64,000 nt of DNA, from assembly GCA_964016885.1 (NCBI GenBank), contig OZ024743.1, forward strand, positions 361,646,001 to 361,710,000, written 5' to 3'. The stretch comes from Eledone cirrhosa (lineage: Eukaryota). A program made the translations under genes and the position numbers. Below the pieces are notes generated by a model, which searched no databases, was not told the origin of the DNA, and saw only the letters and a program-made list of their open reading frames with translations. The stretch's first letter is position 1; each line of letters begins with the position of its first letter. Below are positions 49,320 to 61,773 of the stretch, piece after piece.

Positions 49320-50800
49320 TTCACCCTTCTTCTTCGCCCACTTAATCCGGAGAGGACCGTGGGGAAAGAGACCTAAAACATACTTCCCAAAGGTCCCTGT
49401 GAGAAGTAACCATCTCGAACTGATCCGGCTGGATCCCTCAAGCAAGACCAGCCAAGCTCAAGGATGTTATCCTTCCATGTTGGTCTACGTCTGGGTCTCC
49501 TGCCGCAAAATCGGTTCAGCGATTCTTTACTGTGACATTCTTACCCGTAATGGCGGAGCTGTGGTCTCGCAATTCAAAGAACTAGGGGCTCTATTTGCCT
49601 TGTTTTTTCAAACCAACATTGAAGTCCTCTTTCTTTGCTCGAATGGCTACTTTGACATCTTGACTGAACCAAGGGGTTCCCCTACTATCCAGCGTCACAC
49701 AAAGCATGTTTCATCTTTTAAGAGTTGAAGCAGAAACCACTGCGCTGAACAATCTCCACCCCGTTACAACGCCCTCAGTTTATGCAGAGAGTTCTCTAAA
49801 TTGGGATGCAATAGTATCTGCATACCTGGTCCTGATCTTCTTATCCACCAACGCTTTTCACTTTATCCTGTAGATCGACTTGAACCTGTCAGTTTTGTGA
49901 GCTTTTTCGACTTTAGGTTGTCTCAAGTTGCCGATAACTAGATAATGATCATTGACAGCTCAGCCCCTCTCTTAACACGAACATCCAGCACAGAATCAAA
50001 GAGATCAGAGACAGTAACAACATCAATTTTTCATCTCTGTCCCTGATTCCCCTTACACCCTGTGTGTTTATGGATGTCTCTGTGCTCGAAGAAGGTTTTC
50101 ATAATAGTGAGTCCATTGCTAGAACAGAACTCTAATAAGGCACCTCCATTCATATTTTGATCGAGATTGCCTTCCCTTCAAATCACTCCTTTTTCCATAT
50201 CAGGTGATGAGTGCCAATATGTGCATTGATGTATCCCATTAAGGTATATGACTCAATCTTAATAACTTCTAACGCAGTAGTAACTTCATCAAGGCAAGGT
50301 CTGTATTCAGACTCCTTGCTTGGTGCATAAATGTTCACACCACACACCCCGCCCCCACTCCACAGAGACTTATTTTTCAGCCTAAGCTTTATGACACAAA
50401 TCCTTCCTCCTAATGGTATGCAGTGCATTAAGCATTCAGACGAGCGTGGGCTTGTTGTATCCCAGCTCCCGCCTGTGGTGCCACACCGAATCTACATCCA
50501 AATCTACATTACCCCAGCCATGGAGGAGGCTAGATGCTACCGACTGTATATAGCCGGTAGCTTCTAGCCTCCTCCATTAGTTTCTGCTCCCTACCTGTAA
50601 GGGTTGTGAGGATCCATGTTCCATGTGTCAATGTTTGCCCCCTTCCGAAACCTCTTTGGTGTCTCGGCATACGCAATCTTTGTGCGTCCATCCCACGCCT
50701 CCAGGACAGGTCACGGGCCCTTGGCCAGTAGTTTTTCGGGCATGAAATGGAGATTTCAATATATTTTTCGAACAGGCCCCTCTGCCTAGAGCCTGAATGC
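49320..50800 (-). mobile_element. Internally deleted RTE-clade LINE (Rex3/Expander-like 3' end)
   Basis: APE motifs (VNIYAP, LMG.INAHIG, TFFEH). The 5' part matches 17350-17500. The 3' end reads CCACGGTCCTCTCCGGATTAAGTGG. Confidence 0.7.
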
Positions 50801-51213
50801 GATCCGATAATATATTTTTTCGTACCTTTTTCTCACCATATTGCAATTTTAGTAGTCTTATTCGCGCCAGTCCCCAATCAGATACTTTCTCAAACCCGCG
50901 AACACTTGACTTTTTTCGAACTGCCTTTCCTCCTGGCTATATGTCTTAGGTTTGACAGTTTTCTTGTTAGCTACAGTTGCCACCCATTGCTTCATATCTC
51001 CTAGTATATCATGTAACGTTACAATTATCTGTCTCCTACACATTCTTCCACCACATGCACCCATCCACCCTTTTCGTCAGGCAGAATGGTTATGATGCGA
51101 AGCGTGATTCTAAATTATCTTGTTTTTGATATGCTACGGTTATATGTTGTTAGCGATGATGCTGATTCTGCTGCGTCTGCTAATTATGATGATGATATTG
51201 ATGGTAATAGATT

Positions 51214-51279
<66 letters not shown>

Positions 51280-51289
51280 TATATAGATA

Positions 51290-51400
51290 AGTTTCTTTTA
51301 TTTGCCACTAGGGCATCAAAAGTGGGACAAGTACAAAGGGGGGAGTTTACACAAAAAGGCGTCCTCAATAAGGAGGAGGCAATAACAAAATATAAAAATT
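51290..51400 (-). mobile_element. ~110-bp 3'-terminal stub of Tx1 group B embedded in (GATA)n
   Basis: Matches 58044-58155; (GATA)n at ~51210-51265 and 51401-51526. Confidence 0.9.
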
Positions 51401-51527
<127 letters not shown>

Positions 51528-51567
51528 CAAAGAGAAAGAGAGAGAAAGAGAAACAGAGAGAAATCGT

Positions 51568-51569
51568 AG

Positions 51570-51613
<44 letters not shown>

Positions 51614-51925
51614 ATGATGATGAGGTGAATGAAGAGACGGACGATCAACATCATCATCCTTGTTGCCATCGTCATCATCATCATCATCATCATCATCATC
51701 AAGAAGATGATGCTGAAGCTGACAAGGGCCACATCGACGGCGTCGAAAGTAATGATCATCACGAACAACATGATGATGACGATGAAGATGATTATGATGA
51801 TTATAATAACCATTATCATTATGACGGTGATCAGGATGATAACAATCATGATTATCATCATAATCACCATGACGATGATCATCAACGTGATGAACATGAT
51901 GTCTGTGATGATGACAACGACGATG
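51568..51925. repeat. (GAT)n/(CAT)n microsatellite and degenerate trinucleotide tract
   Basis: Direct reading. Confidence 0.85.
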
Positions 51926-52056
51926 GCGTTTCTGTCGTTGTTTTTCCGTTGCCTTCAGCGCATCTTTCTTCTCAAATCATTCATTTATCATTTTTACTTT
52001 GATCGTTCAGCTTAATCACTCTTCATTCACTTCCGAATATTCAAATATACACACAC

Positions 52057-52092
<36 letters not shown>

Positions 52093-52259
52093 GTATATGT
52101 ATATATATATGTATACTCTTTTACTCTTTTACCTCTTCCAGCCATCCGGCTGAGGCCATGCTGGGGCAACATATTCATATTCATACACACATACGTACAT
52201 TAACAAATAAAAATATATTTATACTTGTATTTGCTTATATATATGTGCGTGTATATGTG

Positions 52260-52294
<35 letters not shown>

Positions 52295-52303
52295 GTGTAC
52301 CTC

Positions 52304-52310
52304 TGTGTGT

Positions 52311-52406
<96 letters not shown>
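52304..52406. repeat. (GT)n microsatellite
   Basis: Direct reading. Confidence 0.95.
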
Positions 52407-52409
<3 letters not shown>

Positions 52410-52739
52410 TCAGCGACTGTGTAGGAAAGATACATAGATGCATACTTATATCTAGATTGAAAGACAGACAGATATATATATATATATATATAGAAAGAGA
52501 GGGGGGTATAGATAAATAGATAGATTTCTTTATTTACCATAAAGGCATAAAAAGAAGGGACAAATACAAAGGGGGAGTTTACATATAATCGAGTAAAAAG
52601 GGTGTAACATGAAAATAATCGAAAATAACCTCAAAAGGGAGGGGACGTGATGGGGGTTGCACACACCCCCGAAAAAGTGTGCAATCCTTTGCCCGGGGAG
52701 CACATGGAGAAGGTGCTCCCCTCTCCTTTACTTCTTTAC

Positions 52740-55700
52740 CTACAGGATGGTATACAGAGAAGGCCCATTTACACGAGCCATTCTCGCCACTATCACCCAC
52801 CTTTCATAAAACTGCCTGTGGCCAAGCACCTCTCTCTCCATTCTTATCCTTCTTCCGAAGTGATATCGGAAGAAGTAGACCAGACTATGGCCAGAGAGGA
52901 AGTTGCCTGACCTCAGACCTTTCAATCGTGTCCACCAAACAACCTCTTTCAACATGGCTATTACGCACAGAAAAACCGCCTTTGCTTCCTTTGTGAAGAG
53001 GGGAGGCGGTTTGATTGTCATCACGGACTCGGCGGTCAATTTAATCGGCGCCACCCGCGACAGCAGTTGTTCGGCGTAGCCCCACAGATCAGCCACGCCC
53101 GGACATTGCACCAATGCGTGCGCCACGGTTTCTTCGTGACGCACGCATCTAGGGCAAATCTTTTTTGAGGGATCCCTGCCCGGGCGCCCGTGTCTGTAGA
53201 GCCTCTCTCGAACGGGTAGAGCCCCTCGGTAGCACTGCCAGGCCAGTGACTTCTGGAAGTTGTCCATTGGTCCTGGGCCGAAAGTCCTACCGAACAGGCT
53301 GGCCAGTTCGTCTTCCTCCATGTCCAGCGACTCTCCAAGGGTGTCATCGCCCCTGCTAGCCACCAGCCCTCTATAGAATGATGAGGTGGATTCTCCACCG
53401 ATGGCCCGGCCCGCTTGCCAGAGAGCCCTGAGCGCCTGAGCACACTCAGTGTGCCAGTCTCCCAGTTTTCCGGATCTTTGCTTGACCCAGGACTGTAGCT
53501 CGGTGAGTGAGACGAGTCTCGGAAAGGCTCGTTTCACGAACGGAGCCCACACCGGTTGACCAGTGAGGAATACCTGTAGGTGCCGTAGCCTTAATGCGTG
53601 CCTACGCATCATCAACCACGGCATCCCCAGCCCTCCTTTCGAAGGTTGTTGGCAGCAGATGGATCTTCTCACCATAGGAGGACGCTTCTTCCAAAGAAAT
53701 TGGAAGAGCATGCGTTCCATGGTGGTGAGTGTTTCCTTAGGGCAAGGCACGACAGTCAGGCGGTAGTAAGTGACGGACGCTATGTAAATGTTCGCCACCT
53801 CCGCCCGGCCTTTTAGGGACAGCTTACACTTGGCCCATTTCTGGGTTAGTGCAAACACCTTGTTCGTAACCTCGTTCCAGTTCTTTTCCACCTGGAGGTC
53901 CGGTCCAAACCAGACCCCAAGCAACTTTACCGGGCCCTCCGTCCAGTGTCCGACGACACCGTCAGGAGGCATCGGTTTGCCTCTCCACGTTCCGAGTTGC
54001 AGCCCGATGGATTTTTCCCGGTTCAGTTTCGCTCCTGACAACCTTTCGTACTCCTCCAGTAAGGTACCGATCGCCTCGATCTCCGAGTCGGTTGATACCA
54101 TTACTGTTACGTCATCGGCGTAGGCCGACACCGCTTTGCTCAATCCTGGTTCCAGGGGGATACCCTGCAACAACTCCAACTTCCTCAGTAAAGGCTCGAG
54201 AGTCAATACGTACAGAAGGGAGGAGAGAGGGCACCCCTGTCGAATGGATCGTGTGATTTCGAACGGCTTCGAAAGGTAGCCGTTCACCTTGATCCTAGAA
54301 CAGATGTGGTTGCTATGTAGGGCAGTGATCCAGCCTCTGAAAACAGGACCGAACCCAGCCGCCGCTAGCACCGCATCCAGGTAACCATGGTCGACCCTAT
54401 CGAAGGCCTTAGACTGATCCAAGTTGATCAGGGCCCCACCGAAGCCGGGTTTGTTGCCAACCCTCTCTATGATGTATCGCATGAGGTGGAGGTTATCGTG
54501 AATGGACCTGGATGGGATAGCACATGTCTGCGCATCTCCCACCAGGCCACCCACGACAAGCGCCAACCTCTTTGCTAACACCTTGGCCAAAATCTTTAAC
54601 TCTGTGTTTAGCAGGGTTATGGGCCGAAAATTATTTATACTATCCCCCTTGTTCTCGTCCTTCCTCACCAGCGTGACTACGCCCTTGGCTACAGAACAAG
54701 GAATTCTCCCGTTCTGCTGCCAATTGCAGTAGACCGCTTCGAGGAGTTCGGAGAAGAAGACCGGCATTGCTAAATAAAGTTCGTAAGGTATACCATCGAG
54801 ACCTGGAGATTTGCGTCTGCTGCATTGGCTCAGCGCATCTCCGATCTCATCAGCCGAGATTGGTCCCTCGCAGGACTCTGCCTCTTTGTTCGAGAGACGC
54901 GGCAGGCCGTCGAGGTATGGACCGAAATCCACGCCCCGGCCCGGACCCTCGCCTCCCCCGAACAATCGGGCAAAGTGCTTTTGAAAGGCCTCGCACATCT
55001 GCTTAGGCTCCCGGATCACTCGTCCATCTTCGTCTTGCAACGACCGGATGGTGGATCGATTTCCACTTTTAGCTTCTGTCACGCGGGCCCATCCAACGGC
55101 TTTGGCCCCCTCATTACCTAGAGCACGTATTTTACTTCGAATGACGCAGCCTTCATGCTTTGCATCGAAAAACTGGTTCAAGGCCGTCCTCGATGCCATC
55201 ACTCTGGCCACATCTTCGCTCTTGATTGCCTCTTCTAATTTACCTGTTAATTCTTTCTCGTTTCTATTCCTATTGGCAGCTAACATCTTGCTATAACTTA
55301 TTGATTCTGTTCTAATCTCTCTTTTGAGAGATGCCCACCATCGGTTGTTGACGATTGCACCCGTCAACCTCTCCTTAACTAATCTGCTAATCCGGTTTCT
55401 GTAAGTCTCTTTTGCCGGTAACGACAAATTAAGTTTCCAGTAACCGGGACCCTGTCTATGTGTTTTCTCGAGATTGACCACGCAGGTCACTAATTTGTGA
55501 TCCGTGTAGCCAACCGTGCGCATTTCTGGACAGCTTAATATGTCCCTATCCTTACTTCTAACTAAGAATCTATCTAAGTACGATCTAGATTGACCACTGT
55601 GGTTTCTCCAAGTCCAGGTAGGCACAGTTGGAAAATCTAGTCGATATCTATCGACCAAGTTAAAACAGTCGAGTAACCCCTTGAGGCTGTTACACCCCCC

Positions 55701-56177
55701 TCTATTAGGACATGCTCCTGCATAGTCCCAACGTGCATCTAGGATGTCATTCCAATCCCCCGCTAGAAGCAGGGAACGCGACGTTCCCAGAAAAGTCTCC
55801 AAACGCTGGAAGAAGTCGGGCCGTTCAGCTCCGAAAGGGGAGTAGACGGCGACCAGTCTCAAGGCCGCACTTTCACTACTGCCAACGTCTAGCACCAACA
55901 AACGACCCTCCGGGTCCGAGTGCACAACCTGTACGGCAAGACCCAGGTGTTTTTGCAGCAGCACGACAACCCCACCCCCACCTCCAGGTTGACAGAGAGA
56001 TGCATGCACCTCAAAGTCATCGAAGGTGGGGGCCAGCTGCCGCATGACGCTGATTCGAGTCTCACAGATAACCATTACATTTATACTACATGACCTGAGG
56101 TCATTTAGAAGCTTTGCTTGCTTCCAAGTTGAGCCCAGGCCACGTGCATTCAAACATCCTACTCTTAACACATCCAT
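52740..56177 (-). CDS. Tx1/L1-type ORF2p: AP endonuclease, reverse transcriptase and C-terminal CCHC zinc finger, 1145 aa, uninterrupted
   Basis: APE: LNARG, CETR, VYSP, GDWN, YLDR, TDHK. RT: PGLDG, FRPITLLN, DQSKAFDRVDH, RQGCPLS, YADD, KLLGVWF. C-terminus: CPRC....ET..HALVQC. Confidence 0.97.
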   Translation of the reverse strand: MDVLRVGCLNARGLGSTWKQAKLLNDLRSCSINVMVICETRISVMRQLAPTFDDFEVHASLCQPGGGGGVVVLLQKHLGLAVQVVHSDPEGRLLVLDVGSSESAALRLVAVYSPFGAERPDFFQRLETFLGTSRSLLLAGDWNDILDARWDYAGACPNRGGCNSLKGLLDCFNLVDRYRLDFPTVPTWTWRNHSGQSRSYLDRFLVRSKDRDILSCPEMRTVGYTDHKLVTCVVNLEKTHRQGPGYWKLNLSLPAKETYRNRISRLVKERLTGAIVNNRWWASLKREIRTESISYSKMLAANRNRNEKELTGKLEEAIKSEDVARVMASRTALNQFFDAKHEGCVIRSKIRALGNEGAKAVGWARVTEAKSGNRSTIRSLQDEDGRVIREPKQMCEAFQKHFARLFGGGEGPGRGVDFGPYLDGLPRLSNKEAESCEGPISADEIGDALSQCSRRKSPGLDGIPYELYLAMPVFFSELLEAVYCNWQQNGRIPCSVAKGVVTLVRKDENKGDSINNFRPITLLNTELKILAKVLAKRLALVVGGLVGDAQTCAIPSRSIHDNLHLMRYIIERVGNKPGFGGALINLDQSKAFDRVDHGYLDAVLAAAGFGPVFRGWITALHSNHICSRIKVNGYLSKPFEITRSIRQGCPLSSLLYVLTLEPLLRKLELLQGIPLEPGLSKAVSAYADDVTVMVSTDSEIEAIGTLLEEYERLSGAKLNREKSIGLQLGTWRGKPMPPDGVVGHWTEGPVKLLGVWFGPDLQVEKNWNEVTNKVFALTQKWAKCKLSLKGRAEVANIYIASVTYYRLTVVPCPKETLTTMERMLFQFLWKKRPPMVRRSICCQQPSKGGLGMPWLMMRRHALRLRHLQVFLTGQPVWAPFVKRAFPRLVSLTELQSWVKQRSGKLGDWHTECAQALRALWQAGRAIGGESTSSFYRGLVASRGDDTLGESLDMEEDELASLFGRTFGPGPMDNFQKSLAWQCYRGALPVRERLYRHGRPGRDPSKKICPRCVRHEETVAHALVQCPGVADLWGYAEQLLSRVAPIKLTAESVMTIKPPPLFTKEAKAVFLCVIAMLKEVVWWTRLKGLRSGNFLSGHSLVYFFRYHFGRRIRMEREVLGHRQFYERWVIVARMARVNGPSLYTIL

Positions 56178-56210
56178 GTGGGCGGCAGAGCCAAAGGAGA
56201 GTGTAGAGAC

Positions 56211-57975
56211 CTACCTTTCCGCTTCCCGGGGTTCGGGTTGCACGACTTCCATGGGGTCGGGGGTGTTGGGTGAAGGGGTGTCTTGTGGTGGTGTGGGGTC
56301 GTCGGTGTGTGGTGGGGTTGGGGTGTTTGGAGTTGTGTTGGGGAGGGGAAGGGGAGGGGGAAAGCTTTTTAGTCGGACGCGGTTTATGGGTTTGACAGAG
56401 GGTGGTCCTACGTCCTCCTTAAAATCCTTTTTTAGTTTTTGGTAGAGGTTCATTGGGATTTTTATTAGTTTTAAATGTGGGTGGTTTTCTGATGAAACAA
56501 AGTTTACACCTTCGGTTTGTACCGAAGGATTATTGTATATGAGTTCATTTAATTTATTATTGTTTCTGTTGATGTAAGTATAGTGTAATGTCTTTTTTTC
56601 CGATGGTGTGAGTGTTTCGAAGAGGGGAGGGGCAGGTTTGGTTTTGTTTGTTGCTGGAGGGGTGTTTTCTGTTTTGTTAGATTGTGTTGCGATTTGGGTG
56701 GGGGTTGTTTGTCCTTGTGTGTTTTGCACATGTTTTCTTTTTTTCCTTTTAATCTGTCTGAAGGACTCCGTTTCTTCCTCCGAATTCGTTGGGTTATCTT
56801 CAGTGTTGGAGGGAAGAGGTATGTTTGCTGGTAATGTTTCCGTGTTGGTTTTCTTTGTGGGGGAGATGGATGTCACTATGTTAGACTGTGTTGTGTGTTG
56901 TGTCTGCGGTGGTTGTGTTGTTTTATTGAGTGAGAGGTTGGGTGGGCCTGTATTTTGTTTTGGGGTAATGTGTTGTGACTGTTTGTGTTGTGGTGGTGTT
57001 GTGGTGTTACTGAGGGACGGGTTGGGTGGGACTGAGTTTTGTTGTTTGTTTATCTGTTGTGGTGGTGGTGGTGGAGCTGGTGTTGGTAGCAGAGTTTTCT
57101 TTTTGTTGAGTTGTGGACAAGCGGCCTTCAGGTGCCCTCTGCCTGCACAGATATGGCAGGATGGCCTTCTCCCCTCCACGCTAATGTTTATATACCCGTG
57201 GTCCTCTAATAGGATTCTGTCGGGTATTTGGGCGATGCGTTCAGGCTTCATTTGTACTACCAGCTCTATACCTGTTCCACTGAACGCATTGCCTGTGGTT
57301 TTCCCAATGGAAATCACGTTGTCATTCACTGGATCGATGAAGCCAGCTATGAGCCAGCAGTAGTCCACATCTGGCATCATTGCATCCAGCCATATGCGTT
57401 GAGTTTTTTTTTCCCATATAAGATGGATAAAAGGTGAAATTTTTCGAACGAATCGGTGACAAAGCACATTTTTTTGCCGCCGATTCATTCTTCATGATAA
57501 TTGCTAGGCTTCCATACAGTCTGTCTTTTCTTATGAAAGTTGTTTCATTCAGTACTTCTGCGAGTACTGTTTTGATATCTGCTTGAGAAGGCTGTTCAGG
57601 TTTTTTTGTACTGTTGTTGATGGTCCGAAACTTGACCGTTCGGCTTTCAATGTCTTTCGTGAATTCTTGAGGCATTTTTACCAATAAAATACCATTCTCA
57701 CCTTCACTTATGTATTGTTTTGCGTCCGTGATCCTTCGTACCACATTTGAAATGTTTTCCGCTATATAGGTAAAAGATTTCTTTGTTTTCTGTGCAAAAG
57801 AAATCTTGTCGTCTGCTTTGTTTTCTGATATGATGTTATTTTCAACTGTTATTTTTTTGTTTGTTGTATCTTTGTTTGTGTTATTAGTATTGTCATGCAA
57901 TTTTTCAAATTTTTTTTCTTCGTTGTTTTCGTCATTTAATTTTTTCTCCGCAGATTCGTCCGTTTTTATTTTCAT
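56211..57975 (-). pseudogene. ORF1p (zinc-knuckle nucleic-acid-binding protein) split by one +1 frameshift in an A9 run
   Basis: Track ORFs 57322-58062 and 56211-57488 join as PSYMGKKTQRIW if one base is removed at 57404-57412, giving ~587 aa from the ATG at 57975. Contains CHICAGRGHLKAAC. Confidence 0.85.
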
Positions 57976-58011
57976 TTTTCCTTCCTTCTCTATGGGGGTA
58001 TAGATAGATAA

Positions 58012-58043
<32 letters not shown>

Positions 58044-60163
58044 CTTTATTTTTATTTGCCACCAGGGCATCAAAAGTGGGACAAGTACAAAGGGGGAGTT
58101 TACATGCAAAGGCGTCCTCAATATGGAGGAGGCAATAACAAGATATAAAAGTATAAAAATAAAATAAAATATAACAAAATAAATTTTATAACAAAATCCT
58201 CAATAGGGAGGAGGCGCCTTGGGGGGTCGCACACACCCTCGAAAAAAAGTGTGCAACCCTTCTCCTCAGGAGCACAGAGTGCTCCCTTGGTCTTTCATCT
58301 TCTTCACCTATAGTCTGAAGTAGAGTGAAGGCCTATTCACACGGGCCATTCTCGCCACTTTCACCCATCTTTCATAAAAACGGCTGGGGTGCAGCACCTC
58401 TCTCTCCATCCTGATGCTTCTTCCGAAATGATATCGGAAGAAACGGATCAGCTGTTGGCCAGAGAGAAAGGTGTCTGACCTCAGTCCTTTCAGACAAGTC
58501 CACCATACAACCTCTTTCGCCATGGCTATTACGCACAGAAACACCGCCTCTCCTTCGTTTTTGATCGTTACAATAGACTCGGTGGTCAACCGGATCGGTC
58601 CCACCCTTGACAGCAGTTGTTCGACATAGCCTCACAGATCGGCAATGCCCGAGCAGTGTACCAATGCGTGTGCAACGGTTTCCTCGTCGCACACGCATCT
58701 GGGACAGATCTTTTTCGAGGGGTCCCTACCCGGGCGCCCGTGTCTGTAGAGCCTTTCTCGAACGGGCAGAGCCCCTCGGTAGCACTGCCAGACCAGGGAC
58801 CTCTGGAAGTTATCCATGGGTCCCGGGCTGAATGTCCTACCGAACAGGTTGGCCAGTTCGTCGTCCTCCATGCCTAGGGCTTCTCCGAGGGCTCGTCGCA
58901 CCTGCTAACCACCAGCCCTCTATAGAATGACGAGGTGGATTCTCCACTGACAGCCGGGTCCGCCTGCCAGAGAGCCGTAAGCGCCTGGGCACACTCGGTG
59001 TGCCAGGCGCCCAGTTTTCTCGGTCTTTGCTTGGCCCAGGATTGCAGCTCGGTGAGTGAGACGAGTCTGGGAAAGACTCGCCTCACAAACGGGGCCCACA
59101 CCGGTTGACCGGTGAGGAATACCTGGAGGTGCCGTAGCCTTAATGCGTGTTTACGCATCATTAGCCACGGCATCCCCAGCCCTCCTTTCGAAGGGTGTTG
59201 ACAGCAGATGGATCTCCTCACCATAGGACCCCGTTCTTCCAGAGGAATTGGAAGAGTGCGCGTTCCATTTTGGCGAGCGTTTCCCTTAGGCAAGGCACGA
59301 CGGTCAGGCGGTAGTAGATGACTGACGCTATATAAGTGTTCGCCACCTCCGCCCGACCTTTCAGGGACAGTTTGCACTCGGCCCACTTCTGGGTCAGTGC
59401 AAACACCCTGTTCGTTACCTCACCCCAGTTCTTCTCCACCTGGAGGTCTGGTCCGAACCAGACCCCGAGCAACTTCACCGGGACCTCCGTCCAGCGCCCG
59501 ACGACGCCATCGGAGGGCATCGATCTGCCCCTCCACGTGCCGAGTTGCAGACCGATCGACTTGTCGCGGTTCAGCTTAGCCCCTGTAAACCTTTCGTACT
59601 CCTCCAGTAAGGTGCCGATCGCCCCGATTTCCGAGGCCGTCGACACCATTACTGTTACGTCGTCGGCGTAGGCCGACACCGCTTTCCGCAATCCCGGTTC
59701 CAGCGGGATGCCCTGCAACAACTCCAACTTCCGCAGCAGTGGCTCTAGAGTCATTACATACAGAAGGGAGGAGAGAGGGCACCCTTGTCGGATGGACCGC
59801 GCGATTTCGAACGGCTCCGAGAGGTAGCCGTTCACCTTGACCCTAGAGCAGATGCGGCTGCTGTGCATGGCATTGATCCAGCTCCTGAAAACGGGTCCGA
59901 TGTCTGCCGCCACTAGCACCGCATCCAGGTAACCATGGTTGACCCTATCGAACGCCTTAGATTGATCCAAGTTGATCAGGACCCCACCAAAGCCGGGTTC
60001 GTTCCCAACCCTCTCTATGATGTATCGCATGAGGTGGAGGTTGTCGTGGATGGACCTGGACGGGATAGCACATGTCTGCGCATCTCCCACCAGGTTGCCC
60101 ACGACAAGCGCCAACCTCTTTGCTAGCACCTTGGCCAAAATCTGTAACTCTGTATTTAGCAGA
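58044..60163 (-). mobile_element. 5'-truncated Tx1 group B element (RT to 3' end) next to (GATA)n 58001-58042
   Basis: ORF 59218-60207 from TLLNTEL onward closely matches the 1145-aa ORF2; a few frameshifts downstream. Confidence 0.93.
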
Positions 60164-60494
60164 GTTGCCACAAGGGCGCACAAGAAAAGGGGACAAAACA
60201 AAGACACATGCCGGGGATTTTACATGCAGTCGTGTAAAAATATTGAAACAAACAATTATAACAATCGAAATCCCTAATAGGGGGGAAGCGCCACAAATGG
60301 GTTGTTTAATACCCCGTCGATAAAACAACCCCCAACTTCAGGAGCGTGTTGTGCAAGTGCTCCCTTCTTCCTTTTGCTCTCTTCTTTAACCTACAGACTT
60401 ATAAACAGAGAAGGCCGAATCACTTGGGCCATTTTCGCTTCATTCACCCACCTTTCAGTAAATTTACAGGGGTGCAGTGCCTCTCTCTCTACTC
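60164..60494 (-). mobile_element. 3' fragment (~330 bp) of another Tx1 subfamily; tail absent, GATA remnant on its 5' side
   Basis: Last ORF2 codons (ERWVNEAKMAQV..PSL) and a 3' UTR ending GCCCTTGTGGC; ATAGATAGAT at 60495. Confidence 0.75.
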
Positions 60495-61514
60495 ATAGAT
60501 AGATATATAGAGATAATTATAATGTAAGAACACAGGAATAATTAGGTTATTGGACAGGAACATTTGAATTATTTACAACCAGAATTTTATTTATTCGTTT
60601 GTTTTTAGTAGACGTACAACCCTGGGTACACAGTCGATAATTACGCTTTTTACGTATAGTTGACAAATACTATCAAACAACTACAAAGGCTAATTGTATA
60701 TATTCTGTATATCTGTCTACACTACTAATTTCTTTTTTCATTATCTTTGTTGTCTGTTTTCACGGGTGAATGGTTTAAAATTTCGCTTCGCAATCATTAG
60801 GTCCCGGATTCAATCCCACTTAATGACATCTTGATTTCAGATCAAAGGACCACTTTAACAGTTCCGATTGAGAATTTATGTGGGAGAATAAGGGAGTGCT
60901 TGTGTGTGTGTGTGTGTGTGTGTGTGTTGTGGCTGTTGTTTACTGCAGGTTCATGTCTGACGGAGCATTGCATCGTTTAATCTTCCGACATAGTTTATTT
61001 ACTTCAAGTGAATGAATATACAAACTTAGATATCATCCCATTTGAACATGGCGAGATATTCTTCGAGATACTACAAAATATGTGCATCATCATACTTTTA
61101 TATACTACCAATAACTACCATCGCTTAGGTCTTTGGGAGTTTGGATAAAAACGAAACCGTGTCAGCCTTTACAAGTATATGATAGTTCATGTGTAAGAAA
61201 TTCTTTCACTGCTCCTTACAGCATTTCTGTAATTTATATAATACTAAAAGTCTGTAGTTGCTTGCTTACTTGTCTGTAATGTAAAAGGGGGCATAATGGG
61301 AAAATACTTTGAAAAGAATTTGCACTGAATGGGAATACAAATGGAATAAAACAAGTTTCGCGTAAATCGGACCACAGCACAGGTTCCCGAGTTATGGATT
61401 TTCCGGGTACCTTCATAAACAAAGAGAGAGAAAGATAGAGAAGAAGAGATAGTGGTTGTGACAGAGTAGATTAAGAGGAGATAGAGAAGGAGAATGGAAG
61501 AGAGCTGGTGATGT

Positions 61515-61584
<70 letters not shown>

Positions 61585-61589
61585 AAATT

Positions 61590-61708
61590 ATATCCAAAAT
61601 TAAATTAAGGGTGTCATGTCCGAGAGACATGAGCCATATCCACTGTAGAATATGCTCAAAGATTCCAATGAATAGATCCGAGCATTTTATATCAACTAGA
61701 AATTGATT

Positions 61709-61773
<65 letters not shown>

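Larger units (their letters stand above)
52526..57993 (-). mobile_element. Full-length Tx1-like non-LTR retrotransposon (group B), ~5.47 kb, with target-site duplication
   Basis: ORF1, 33-nt spacer, ORF2 and a ~210-nt 3' UTR with AATAAA. Flanks are GGGGGTATAGATAAATAGATAGAT (52502-52525) and GGGGGTATAGATAGATAAATAGATAGAT (57994-58021). Confidence 0.95.

Noticed and set aside
56608-57363. 251-aa + strand ORF and other Val/Gly/Cys-rich antisense ORFs (8369-8863, 12255-12848, 32317-32805)
   Set aside because: Antisense shadows of A/C-rich ORF1 regions, which naturally lack stops on the opposite strand.
57994-58062. N-terminal extension MANKNKVIYLSIYLS of ORF1
   Set aside because: Lies in the TSD/(GATA)n and the neighbouring element's 3' end; the ATG at 57975 is the plausible start.
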